Below are positions 9,159 through 18,464 of a stretch of 64,000 nt of DNA, piece after piece. The stretch covers positions 15,699 through 79,698 of the forward strand of contig JAGXSG010000022.1 of assembly GCA_018333995.1 (NCBI GenBank), written 5' to 3'. The translations under genes and the position numbers were made by a program. Under the pieces are notes generated by a model, which made no database searches, was not told the DNA's origin, and saw only the letters and a program-made list of their open reading frames with translations. Every line of letters begins with the position of its first letter. Within the stretch, counting starts at the first letter, position 1. The stretch comes from Clostridiales bacterium (GTDB lineage: Bacteria > Actinomycetota > Coriobacteriia > Anaerosomatales > SLCP01).

Positions 9159-9904
9159 GTCGGCACTCAGGATCCGTCGCGCTTATCACCGGCGCTTCGC
9201 GCGGCATTGGTGCTGCTATCGCGACTCGCCTCGCCGCGGAGGGCGCTACCGTTGTGGTGAATTACGCTGGCAGCCGAGATGCTGCGATATCGGTCGTCTC
9301 GGCGATAGAAGCTGGCGGCGGCCACGCGACGGCCATGCGGGCCGACGTGTCCGATCCTGCGGCGTGCGGTGAGCTTGTTTCGCGGTGCATCAAAGAGTAC
9401 GGATCACTCAACATCCTGGTGAACAACGCCGGTATCACCCGAGACGGTTTGCTCGTCCGCATGTCAGACGCAGATTGGAACGACGTCATTCAGACAAACC
9501 TCACCGGCGCGTTTTCGATGATGCGAGCCGCCGCACCGGTGATGATGAAAGCCCGGTCGGGAAGCATCGTCAACGTAAGTTCGGTCGTCGGCATCACCGG
9601 CAACGCTGGGCAGGCAAATTACGCGGCTTCAAAAGCCGGGCTCATCGGCCTGACTATGGCGGTCGCGCGCGAGCTTGGCAGCAGGGCGGTACGCGTGAAC
9701 GCCGTCGCACCCGGCTTTATCGAGACGGATATGACGGCACAACTTTCTGAGAAGGTGTCCCAAGCCGCACTCACTTCGATCGCGATGAGGCGCTTTGGCA
9801 CGCCTGATGACGTCGCCGCCGCTGTCTCGTTTCTCGCGTCCGATGAAGCCCGTTACATCACCGGTCAGGTTCTCGCAATCGACGGGGGCATGACGTTCGG
9901 CTAG
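9155..9904 (+). CDS. fabG: 3-oxoacyl-ACP reductase FabG
   Basis: SDR motifs TGASRGIG and YAASKAG. GTG 9155 overlaps the fabD stop (GTGA). Confidence 0.93.
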   Translation: MSRHSGSVALITGASRGIGAAIATRLAAEGATVVVNYAGSRDAAISVVSAIEAGGGHATAMRADVSDPAACGELVSRCIKEYGSLNILVNNAGITRDGLLVRMSDADWNDVIQTNLTGAFSMMRAAAPVMMKARSGSIVNVSSVVGITGNAGQANYAASKAGLIGLTMAVARELGSRAVRVNAVAPGFIETDMTAQLSEKVSQAALTSIAMRRFGTPDDVAAAVSFLASDEARYITGQVLAIDGGMTFG

Positions 9905-9960
9905 AGTGACCGCGGGTGCGTCTGTGCCCGACACCCTTCAAGGGAGGAGGTGTTCAGTCA

Positions 9961-10200
9961 GTGGACAGAGATACCGTTTTAGAGAAGACGAGAGAAGTCA
10001 TCGTCGATCAACTCAACGTCGACGAGTCCGACGTGTTCGAAGACGCGTCGTTCATCGACGACTTAGGTGCCGACTCTCTTGACTTGGTGGAGCTTGTGAT
10101 GGCTCTGGAGTCAGAGTTTGGCGTCACCATTCCCGACGAGGATGTTGAAGCAATCAAGACCGTGGGCGATGCGGTGAAGTACGTAGTCGAAAACGCCTGA
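9961..10200 (+). CDS. acpP: Acyl carrier protein
   Basis: [13 protein letters not shown] phosphopantetheine-attachment (DSL) motif. GTG 9961 is preceded by AGGGAGGAGG at 9941-9950. The ORF-track start 9916 lies upstream of that SD. Confidence 0.93.
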   Translation: MDRDTVLEKTREVIVDQLNVDESDVFEDASFIDDLGADSLDLVELVMALESEFGVTIPDEDVEAIKTVGDAVKYVVENA

Positions 10201-10227
10201 TCTGATGCGCGCGATCATCTGTGCAGG

Positions 10228-10261
10228 GCTCCCTTCCGGCGCTGTGTGGCCGGGAGGGAGC
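10228..10261 (+). terminator. 13-bp stem-loop after acpP (no U tract): attenuator, stabiliser or weak terminator
   Basis: GCTCCCTTCCGGC-gctgtgtg-GCCGGGAGGGAGC with one G-U pair, 28 nt after the acpP stop. Confidence 0.4.
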
Positions 10262-10330
10262 GTCTCACCATTCACCAGGCGAACGCTCGCCATCTGACAA
10301 AGCCACCCGGCAGACAAGGAACTTACAGCA

Positions 10331-11296
10331 TTGGCCAAGATGCCCACACTCACGATAGGTAACGTGACCTCACGTCTCCCCGTAATCCAGGGGGGGATGG
10401 CAGTTGGGATCTCGATGGCGCCGCTCGCCGCCGCGGTTGCCCAGGCCGGGGGCATCGGACTCATCGCCGGGTCTGGCCTGACACCCGATGAGCTTTCCAA
10501 AGAGATCCGGGCAGCACGGCGACTCACCGATGGTGTTGTCGGCGTGAACATCATGGTAGCCGTGAGCGTCTTTAAGGATCTCGTCGCCGCGGCGCTCGAA
10601 TCGGGCGCCGACTTGCTCGTGTGCGGTGCGGGCTTCTCCAGAGATGTGTTCGCGTGGGCCGCTGAGGCAGGAGTGCCTGTCGTCCCGATTGTAGGCTCAG
10701 CCCGCGTAGCCACCTTGTCGCAGCGGTTCGGCGCGGCGTCGGTCATTGTGGAGGGCGTGGAAGCCGGTGGACACCTAGGCACCGATCGAGAGATGCTCGA
10801 ACTGCTTCCTGAGATCGTGGCGGCGGTCGACATCCCCGTAATAGGCGCGGGCGGAGTTGTGACCGGAGCGGACATCAAGCGCACCATGGACGCAGGCGCC
10901 GCCGGGGTGCAGATGGGATCAAGATTTGCGGCCACGGTAGAGTCATCTGCGCCCGAGGCGTTCAAGCAGATGTACGTCAACGCCACAGACAGCGACGTGA
11001 TCTTGGTGAAAAGCCCCGTCGGGCTACCTGGACGTGCGCTTGATAACCCGTTTTCCCGGCGTATCAACAACGGGGACTACCCGCCCATAGAGCGTTGCGT
11101 CTCGTGTCTGAAGAAGTGCGGTAGAGACTATTGCATCATCGATCGTCTTCTTGCGGCGCGCTACGGTGATGTCAAAGACGGGCTCGTATTTGCGGGATCA
11201 TCTGTGGCGCGAATCCACGACATTTTGACCGTCGCGGAGCTCATGCACCGTCTCGAACAGGAGTGGAACGAAGCCGCCGGAGGAAAAGAGCTCTGA
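10331..11296 (+). CDS. Second FabK/nitronate-monooxygenase-family flavin oxidoreductase with a C-terminal four-Cys motif
   Basis: 321 aa. LPVIQGGMAVG, VEGVEAGGHLG and GAGGVVTGAD match the NMO/FabK TIM-barrel core but diverge from the first copy. C256-x2-C259-x3-C263-x4-C268 lies at nt 11096-11134. Confidence 0.75.
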   Translation: MAKMPTLTIGNVTSRLPVIQGGMAVGISMAPLAAAVAQAGGIGLIAGSGLTPDELSKEIRAARRLTDGVVGVNIMVAVSVFKDLVAAALESGADLLVCGAGFSRDVFAWAAEAGVPVVPIVGSARVATLSQRFGAASVIVEGVEAGGHLGTDREMLELLPEIVAAVDIPVIGAGGVVTGADIKRTMDAGAAGVQMGSRFAATVESSAPEAFKQMYVNATDSDVILVKSPVGLPGRALDNPFSRRINNGDYPPIERCVSCLKKCGRDYCIIDRLLAARYGDVKDGLVFAGSSVARIHDILTVAELMHRLEQEWNEAAGGKEL

Positions 11297-12522
11297 TGAG
11301 AAGGGTAGCGATCACTGGAATTGGAGTGGTGTCCCCACTCGGTGCAAGTGTCGAGGCCTTTGCCGAAGGGCTCCTTGCAGGACGATCTGGAGCCGTCCCG
11401 ATCACCACGTTTGACGTCTCGGCGTACACCACACGGTTCGCGTGCATGGTTCCCGATTTCGATCCCACTTTGGTCCTCGACTCCAAAGAGGCTCGTCGAA
11501 TGTCACGGTTCCAGCAGTTCGCGATGGTCGCCGCGGCGGAGGCGATCGCAGACGCCGACCTGTCGCCTGAAGACTCCGACCCCGAGCGCGTCGGTGTGAT
11601 AGTCGGATCGGGTATCGGCGGACTCATGACACTCGAGGAGCAGCACACAACGCTACTCGAACGTGGACCTGGCAAGGTGAGCCCGTTCCTCGTTCCGATG
11701 ATGATCGTCGATCTCGCAGCGGGTCACATCTCGATCAAGTGGGGCGCCAAGGGCATCAACTACGCGCCTGTATCGGCGTGCTCCACCGGGAATCACGCGA
11801 TCGGTGAAGCCGGCGAGGTTATTCGCCGCGGTGATGCCGATGTCGTGATCGCAGGCGGATTCGATTGCGGCGTCACGCCTCTCGGCCTCGCAGGCTTCTG
11901 CGCGGCCCGTGCGCTTTCGACGCGCAACGACGATCCGCCCTCCGCCTCCCGCCCGTTCGACGCGGGACGTGACGGATTCGTCATGGGCGAGGGCGGTGGC
12001 ATCCTCATCCTTGAGGAGCTCGAACACGCTCGTGCACGGGGCGCTCGTGTCTACTGCGAACTTGTCGGTTACGGAGCGAGCGCCGACGCCCACCATATCA
12101 CCGCGCCAGCGCCAGACGGTGACGGTGCTCGCCGAGCGATGCTCTCGGCGCTCAACCAAGCACACATGGCGCCCGCCGATGTCGGTTACATCAACGCCCA
12201 TGGAACGTCGACGCAACTGGGCGATATCGCCGAAACCGGAGCGATCAAAGGGGTCTTTGGCCGAGCCGTGCCCCCCGTGTCGTCCACAAAGTCGATGACG
12301 GGTCATCTCCTGGGCGGTGCGGGAGCGCTTGAAGCTGTCGCGTGCGTTCTCGCGATCGACCGCGGCTTCCTGCCCCCCACGATCAACCTGCACGACCCCG
12401 ATCCGCTGTGTGACCTCGACTACGTCCCGAATGAGGCTCGAACGCACTCAATCGACTCCGCTCTCAGTAACTCCTTCGGGTTTGGCGGCCACAACGCCAC
12501 CGTGCTGTTCGCGCGGGGGTGA
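11296..12522 (+). CDS. fabF: 3-oxoacyl-ACP synthase II FabF
   Basis: MRRVAITGIGVVSPLG N-terminus, active-site ACSTGNHAIG, NAHGTSTQLGD, GHLLGGAGA. ATG 11296 shares one nt with the upstream TGA (TGATG). Confidence 0.95.
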   Translation: MRRVAITGIGVVSPLGASVEAFAEGLLAGRSGAVPITTFDVSAYTTRFACMVPDFDPTLVLDSKEARRMSRFQQFAMVAAAEAIADADLSPEDSDPERVGVIVGSGIGGLMTLEEQHTTLLERGPGKVSPFLVPMMIVDLAAGHISIKWGAKGINYAPVSACSTGNHAIGEAGEVIRRGDADVVIAGGFDCGVTPLGLAGFCAARALSTRNDDPPSASRPFDAGRDGFVMGEGGGILILEELEHARARGARVYCELVGYGASADAHHITAPAPDGDGARRAMLSALNQAHMAPADVGYINAHGTSTQLGDIAETGAIKGVFGRAVPPVSSTKSMTGHLLGGAGALEAVACVLAIDRGFLPPTINLHDPDPLCDLDYVPNEARTHSIDSALSNSFGFGGHNATVLFARG

Positions 12523-12529
12523 TTTCCCC

Positions 12530-13258
12530 GTGACGGACACTGATGGCGCCCCGCCCAAAACGATGAGCAAGTCCCGCCTCGCGCAGGTGGAGCACACGAT
12601 CGGATACCGCTTCTCCGATCGCCGCCTTCTCGCTCGCGCGTTCACTCACCCCTCACTTGACTCCGGCCCGCGAGGACGCGCTGACTACGAGCGGCTCGAG
12701 TTTCTCGGCGACGCAGTGCTCGGACTGATAGTGGCCGACGAGATCTATACTCGCCTTCCTGAGCTTGACGAGGGCACGATGACCAAACTCAAAGCTTCTG
12801 TCGTGTCACACTCCGCCCTGGTAGCGACCGCCCGCAGACTCGGCTTCGCGGAACGGATCGTCTTAGGACCCACTCACGCCCGTGACAGCGAGCGCGCGCT
12901 GCCCTCGGCGCTCGAGGACGTGTATGAAGCACTGGTCGCGGCTATTTACCTCGACGGAGGGCTCGACGCCGCCCGCCGTTTCGTTGTCGAAAGTATCGGC
13001 GACTCGATCACTCCCGAGGGCTTCGACGCGCTCACGATCGAGCATCCCAAGTCGAGACTGCAGGAGATCGCTCAGGCGCGTGGCACGGTTCCGGCCTACC
13101 ACACCGTCGCCATAGACGGTCCGCCGCACGCCAGAACGTTCACCGCGGAAGTCACCCTTTTCGACCGTGTCCTCGGACGGGGAACCGGAAGATCGAAGCG
13201 AGACGCCGAGACCAACGCCGCAACCGCGGCTCTCGATCAGCTCAATACCCGCGGTTAG
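12530..13258 (+). CDS. rnc: Ribonuclease III
   Basis: ERLEFLGDAVLG RNase III signature plus a C-terminal dsRBD. GTG 12530 follows GGGGGTGA. ATG 12563 is an alternative start. The ORF-track start 12317 overlaps fabF. Confidence 0.92.
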   Translation: MTDTDGAPPKTMSKSRLAQVEHTIGYRFSDRRLLARAFTHPSLDSGPRGRADYERLEFLGDAVLGLIVADEIYTRLPELDEGTMTKLKASVVSHSALVATARRLGFAERIVLGPTHARDSERALPSALEDVYEALVAAIYLDGGLDAARRFVVESIGDSITPEGFDALTIEHPKSRLQEIAQARGTVPAYHTVAIDGPPHARTFTAEVTLFDRVLGRGTGRSKRDAETNAATAALDQLNTRG

Positions 13259-13291
13259 AAGGAGCCTCGCGCCAAGAAGAGGCACGCGCCG

Positions 13292-13302
13292 TATGGTAGA
13301 AT
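13292..13302 (+). promoter_or_regulatory. Candidate extended -10 promoter (TATGG-TAGAAT) for smc-ftsY
   Basis: TRTGn + TAGAAT in the 115-nt rnc-smc gap, about 70 nt upstream of the smc GTG. Confidence 0.45.
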
Positions 13303-13373
13303 CGCACGCGTTCGCCGCCTGATTCGAGCGCACGCGAACCGGTCGAAGAGCAACGATCCCGAGAGGCCCGCAC

Positions 13374-16300
13374 GTGCACCTGCGTTCGCTCATATTGAAG
13401 GGATTCAAGTCCTTCGCCGATAAGACCTCGCTGGACTTCGAGCCTGGCGTCACGGTAGTCGTGGGACCAAACGGTTCGGGCAAGTCCAACATCTCCGACG
13501 CGGTCTTGTGGGTATTAGGAGAGCAGTCCGCAAAGACTCTTCGCGGCCAGGTGATGGAAGACGTCATCTTCGCGGGCTCATCGGCAAGACAACCGGTGGG
13601 AATCGCTGAGGTCGATCTCGTGCTCGACAACTCAGATGGCACACTGCCGCTCGAGTTCAACGAGGTCACAATCACGCGCCGCATGTACCGGAGCGGGGAG
13701 AGCGAGTACCTCATCAACCAAACTCCGTGCCGCCTCATGGACGTCCATGAGTTGTTGCACGACAGCGGTCTTGGCCGAGATACCCACTCGATCATCAGCC
13801 AGGGACGTCTTGACGAGGTCTTAAACTCGCGACCGGAAGACAGACGCGCGCTCATCGAGGAGGCGGCTGGCGTTCTTAAGCACAAGAAGCGCCGTGACCG
13901 GGCTCTTCGCAGACTCTCGGCGATGGACGCCCACGTCGAGCGCGCCCGTGATATCGCCGCTGAGATCGATCGCCAGCTCAAGCCCCTCAAGCGGCAAGCG
14001 GTCCAAGCGGCTCAGCACGCCGAGATCGCCGCTGAGCTTAAGGAGCTAGAGGTCGCGTACGCGGTCGACGGCTTGCGCTCCCTCAAGGCGGAGTGGTCCG
14101 CTCTCGATAAGCGCGAGCGCGAACAAGACGCCGAGATCGAGCTGACCAGATACCGCCTCTCAGAAAAGGAACGGGAACTTGAGAAATTCCAGTCGCTCCT
14201 TGAGGAGAAGGGGCTGTTCGTCGGCGACCTTTCAGAACAGCGCCGACGCCTCCAGTCGGTGCTCGAACGCATCAACTCCGGACTCCTGTTGCTGGAGGAG
14301 AAGGGGAAGAACCTCGTCGAGCGCCTTTCCGACCTGAGACAAAAACTCCACCAGGCTCAGAGCCGTGTGGCCGCCCGCTCCGGCGAGCTGGAAAATCTCA
14401 CCGCATTGCGCATGGAGACCGACGCACAGCTTCGCGCCCACTACTCCACCCTTGGCGAGCTGCGCCGGGAGTCCGAGACCGCGCGCAAAGAACGCATGGC
14501 CGCTGACGAGAGCGTCGCCGCGGTCACCGCTGAGATTCGTCGCGCACGCAAGGAGCTAGAAGACGGACGGGCCGAGGTATCCGCCCTCGAACAAGCGTTA
14601 TCTTCGCTGACCCTCGAACACAATCTGCTCACCGAACGCGCAGAAAGCATGGCCACTCAACAATCCGCACTGGTAGCGGCATTGTCAGCGCGCCGCACGC
14701 GCCTAGAGCACCTTGACGGCGAGCTCATCATGGCTCGCAAGCACCGCGCACTCGCCGAGGTCGATGTCGACAAGCGAGTACGGATCCTTGAGAGCCGCCG
14801 GAAGGACCTGGCCGCTCGCCGAGACTCCCTTGCGGCCGCTCGCGCTGAGATGCGGGCGTTAGAAGAGATAGACCGCGCGTTTGAGTCCGCATCCCCCGCG
14901 CTCGCATGGGCGCTCGCGAAAGGCCGCGAACTTGCCGGCGTGACTGGGACGCTCGCTGAGAGCGTGCGCACCGCCGAGCGGTACGAGATGGCTGTAGAAC
15001 ACCTTCTCGGCACGGACCTGTACGCCCTGCTCGTCGAAGACGTGGACGCCGCAGCCGTGATCGCCGAGGCCGCCCGAGGCGCCACAGACGGCGAACTTAC
15101 CCTCGTGCCGGTGACCGCCCGCGCGAGCCGCGAGTACAGCGCGCCTCCGCACGGCAGCGTGCGACTCGTCGATCATATCGAATGCGATCCGCACGTCCGC
15201 AGCGCACTGAACGCGCTTCTCGGCGATGTGGTCATCACCGAGAGCATCGGGGACGCTGTCCGTCACGCCTCACGTGACACAGAGGGTCGCCGCTTCGCCA
15301 CCGCAGACGGCGCGATCGTGTGGCCGAGCGGCAAGGTGACAGTCGGTCGCGTAATGTCGACCGACGGTGCGGGAGTGCTCACGCGCAAGCGTCGTATCTC
15401 AGAGCTTGAGGGTGACCTCGCGGGTCTGGAGATTTCGGTCGGCGATGCTGAAGCGCAGGTGTCCGGTGCCGAAGAGGCGCTCGCGGCGGCCCAACAAGAC
15501 GCGCTCGAACTTGGCCAGAAGATTGCACACCTGGCTGGCGAGACAGACTCAGTCCGGGAAGACGCCGCGAGGCTCGAGACCCAGCTCACCACACTCGACG
15601 CCGAGATCCACGCAACTGAGAGCCGTTCCGCTGAGATTGCCCACCGTGCCGAGAAGGAAGCTCCATCACTCGCGACACTCCGGAACCGCCTTGGTGGCAT
15701 GTCGATACTCATTGACGAGCTCGAGGAGCGTGCCGCAAGCGAGCGGGAACTTCGCGAGCGGCGGCTGAGGGACGAAAGTACAATCGGCGAGCGTCTCGCG
15801 ACGTGCCAAGTCGACATCGCCACGACCTCGGAGCGGGAGATCCACCTCAAGCGGCAGATATCGGCGATCGGCGCGGAGCTCGCTGAGCTTGAACGCACCC
15901 TGGAGCAGTCGCAATCCGCCGAGGCCGCGCTCGAACTGCTGCGTGAACGGATCCAGCCGGTACACGACCTGTATTCGGCGCTCCTTGAGCGAGCCGAGCA
16001 CTGGGCGTACAAGCTTCGCGACCGCGCCCACTTCGAACAGGCAGACTCCGAATCGTTGCGCTCCGCCGTCCGCGAGGTGCAAGAAGCGGTCCGTGATCTC
16101 CACTCGATGGTGGATACCAAGTCGCTTGCCATCGGCGAGATCAGGGTCGAAAAAGGGCGCCTCGAAGTTCAGGTGAACACTGCGGTCTCCCGGATCGTCG
16201 ATGAGCTCAAGACCCCGATAGAACGCGCGCTTGAATCTGAGCCGCTCGTCGATCGTTCCGCTGCCGGGGACGCGCTGCACCGTCTCCGCAAACGGCTCGA

Positions 16301-16940
16301 AAACATGGGGCCCGTGAACCCGATAGCGACACACGAGTACGAAGCGCTTCAGTCGCGTCGCGAGAGCATGGCGGAACAGATCGATGACCTCACAGGAAGC
16401 CGTCAGGCTCTCCAGAAGGTCGCCGCGGCGATAGAGCGCAAGATACGCGAACGGTTCTTTGAGACGTTTGAACAGGTAGACTCGCACTTCCAGGAGGTCT
16501 TTGCGGTGTTGTTCCCGGGCGGTCACGCCTCGCTTTCGCTGACAGACCCAGACGATCCCGAGAGTACCGGCGTCGAGGTCATCGCCCAGCCACGTGGGAA
16601 GAAACTCGCTAAGATGTCGCTCATGAGCGGTGGGGAGAAGTCACTCACTGCCCTTGCGCTACTGTTCGCGGTGTACCGGACTCGTCCGTGCCCCTTCTAC
16701 ATCCTCGACGAAGTCGAAGCGGCCCTCGATGACACCAACCTGCGTCGCTTCATATCATTCATCGATACGATGCGCGACCATACCCAGTTCGTCATAGTGA
16801 CCCACCAGCGACGCACCATGGAGATGGCAGACGTCCTCTACGGCGTGTCTATGCAGGCCGAGGGCGTCAGCAAACTAGTCAGTCAACGCCTCGACACCGC
16901 TTCAGGCAAGGAGTCCGCCGATGACCACGCCATGGTATAA
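13374..16940 (+). CDS. smc: Chromosome segregation protein SMC
   Basis: 1188 aa. Walker A GPNGSGKSN, long coiled coils with a central hinge, signature LSGGEKSLTALALLFA, Walker B FYILDEVEAALD. Confidence 0.96.
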   Translation: MHLRSLILKGFKSFADKTSLDFEPGVTVVVGPNGSGKSNISDAVLWVLGEQSAKTLRGQVMEDVIFAGSSARQPVGIAEVDLVLDNSDGTLPLEFNEVTITRRMYRSGESEYLINQTPCRLMDVHELLHDSGLGRDTHSIISQGRLDEVLNSRPEDRRALIEEAAGVLKHKKRRDRALRRLSAMDAHVERARDIAAEIDRQLKPLKRQAVQAAQHAEIAAELKELEVAYAVDGLRSLKAEWSALDKREREQDAEIELTRYRLSEKERELEKFQSLLEEKGLFVGDLSEQRRRLQSVLERINSGLLLLEEKGKNLVERLSDLRQKLHQAQSRVAARSGELENLTALRMETDAQLRAHYSTLGELRRESETARKERMAADESVAAVTAEIRRARKELEDGRAEVSALEQALSSLTLEHNLLTERAESMATQQSALVAALSARRTRLEHLDGELIMARKHRALAEVDVDKRVRILESRRKDLAARRDSLAAARAEMRALEEIDRAFESASPALAWALAKGRELAGVTGTLAESVRTAERYEMAVEHLLGTDLYALLVEDVDAAAVIAEAARGATDGELTLVPVTARASREYSAPPHGSVRLVDHIECDPHVRSALNALLGDVVITESIGDAVRHASRDTEGRRFATADGAIVWPSGKVTVGRVMSTDGAGVLTRKRRISELEGDLAGLEISVGDAEAQVSGAEEALAAAQQDALELGQKIAHLAGETDSVREDAARLETQLTTLDAEIHATESRSAEIAHRAEKEAPSLATLRNRLGGMSILIDELEERAASERELRERRLRDESTIGERLATCQVDIATTSEREIHLKRQISAIGAELAELERTLEQSQSAEAALELLRERIQPVHDLYSALLERAEHWAYKLRDRAHFEQADSESLRSAVREVQEAVRDLHSMVDTKSLAIGEIRVEKGRLEVQVNTAVSRIVDELKTPIERALESEPLVDRSAAGDALHRLRKRLENMGPVNPIATHEYEALQSRRESMAEQIDDLTGSRQALQKVAAAIERKIRERFFETFEQVDSHFQEVFAVLFPGGHASLSLTDPDDPESTGVEVIAQPRGKKLAKMSLMSGGEKSLTALALLFAVYRTRPCPFYILDEVEAALDDTNLRRFISFIDTMRDHTQFVIVTHQRRTMEMADVLYGVSMQAEGVSKLVSQRLDTASGKESADDHAMV

Positions 16941-17838
16941 GCGTATCTCGGAGGGGCTTACCAAGAGCCGCGAGCGCCTTGAGGGACAGATCAACATCAT
17001 CCTCAACCGCGGCCCTGACGTGGACGAGGAGTTCTGGACCGATCTCGAAGACGCGCTCATCACCTCCGACATGGGCGTACTCGCCGTCACGGAAACCGTC
17101 CAACGTCTTCGAGACGCAGCCGCTCGGCTCGCCCTTCCTGACGCAAGCGCTGTCATAGATCACCTAGCCGAGGAACTCGCGCGTGAGGTCGACATCGTGG
17201 GCGGCCAAGACCCGCTTGACCTGTCTCCGGTGGTGGTTCTTGTGGTTGGCGTGAACGGCACGGGCAAGACAACCACTGTCGGTAAGCTCGCAAGAGAAGC
17301 TGTCGATAACGGACGGTCGGTCCTGTTGGGCTCGGGAGACACGTACCGTGCAGCCGCGGTCGAACAACTCGAGATATGGGCACGGCGTGCGGGCGTTCCC
17401 ATGATCGGCCGCGCGAGGGGAGCAGACCCGGCGTCGGTCGCCTTCGACACGGTGAACGCCGCGAACGACAAACGCCCCGACCTCACGCTGATCGACACCG
17501 CGGGACGTCTTCATACCTCTCCTGATCTTATGCGCGAACTCCAGAAGGTGCACCGGGTCACCGTCCGGGAGAGCGAAGCTCCAGTTAGAGTAGTGCTTGT
17601 GATGGACGCAACTACCGGCCAGAACGGACTCGTCCAGGCGCGTGAGTTCAACGCCGCCCTCGATCTCGACGCGATCATCCTCACTAAACTTGACGGTACC
17701 GCGAAAGGCGGCATCGCGGTCGCCGCAGCCAGAGAGCTCGCAACTCCCATCATTCGAATTGGCGTCGGAGAGGGCGCGGACGATCTCAAGCCATTCGTTG
17801 CGATGGAGTACGCGCGAGCGCTCATCGGAAAGGGATAG
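16921..17838 (+). CDS. ftsY: Signal recognition particle receptor FtsY (short form, no acidic A domain)
   Basis: GVNGTGKTTTVGKLA, DTAGRLH, TKLDGTAKGG. The start overlaps the smc end by 20 nt. Confidence 0.95.
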   Translation: MTTPWYKRISEGLTKSRERLEGQINIILNRGPDVDEEFWTDLEDALITSDMGVLAVTETVQRLRDAAARLALPDASAVIDHLAEELAREVDIVGGQDPLDLSPVVVLVVGVNGTGKTTTVGKLAREAVDNGRSVLLGSGDTYRAAAVEQLEIWARRAGVPMIGRARGADPASVAFDTVNAANDKRPDLTLIDTAGRLHTSPDLMRELQKVHRVTVRESEAPVRVVLVMDATTGQNGLVQAREFNAALDLDAIILTKLDGTAKGGIAVAAARELATPIIRIGVGEGADDLKPFVAMEYARALIGKG

Positions 17839-17840
17839 TC

Positions 17841-18374
17841 GTGTTTGGCCCTCCCGGACGCGGCGATCGCATCGCCCGGCGCATCATCGTCCCGCTTCTG
17901 ATCGTCTTCATCCTAGTGACCGCCGTCTTTAACGTGTGGTTTGACCAGACGTTTGTCGACGGAGATTCTATGGAACCCACCTTGCGCCACGGAGATCGCG
18001 TCCTTGTGACCAAGGCGTATGACACCCCGCGCCGGGGGGACGTTGTGCTCGTCCTGGCGCGCCCGCGCGGCGGCGGACCGGAGCGAGAATTCTTAAAGCG
18101 CGTAGTCGCGATAGAGGGGGACACGATTGCCGTGGTGCGAGGCGTGGCGATCGTCAATGGAGCCCAGGAGCCGGGGGAGTACGCCACGCTGCTCTCTCAA
18201 GACGACATTACGACCCGCGAGATAAAGGTCCCCGCCGGCACGGTGTTCACGCTTGGGGATAACCGTCCCATATCCTACGACAGCCGGTTTTACGGTCCGG
18301 CTCCGATCGAGGCGGTTCTAGGCAGGGTCATTGCGATCTGGGCGCCCATCGGCAGGATAGGTCGTGTTGACTGA
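17841..18374 (+). CDS. lepB: Signal peptidase I (copy 1)
   Basis: N-terminal TM segment, catalytic Ser box GDSMEPTL, Lys box KRVVAIEGD, GDNRPISYDSRFYGP. Confidence 0.88.
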   Translation: MFGPPGRGDRIARRIIVPLLIVFILVTAVFNVWFDQTFVDGDSMEPTLRHGDRVLVTKAYDTPRRGDVVLVLARPRGGGPEREFLKRVVAIEGDTIAVVRGVAIVNGAQEPGEYATLLSQDDITTREIKVPAGTVFTLGDNRPISYDSRFYGPAPIEAVLGRVIAIWAPIGRIGRVD

Positions 18375-18464
18375 ATCTCCGCTCCACCTTAGCCTGGGCG
18401 GACGCCGCCGGGCGCAGACGATTAATCACCCCACCCGAGCTCGCTTGAAAGGTAGCGCGACACC

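Noticed and set aside
13416-13423. Matches to the sigma-28 -10 consensus GCCGATAA at 13416-13423, 38531-38538 and 48621-48628, considered as possible targets of the orphan FliA/WhiG sigma.
   Set aside because: All three lie inside coding sequence (smc, ispG, truB), and none has a TAAA -35 element at the expected roughly 15-nt spacing. They are chance occurrences of a GC-rich octamer.
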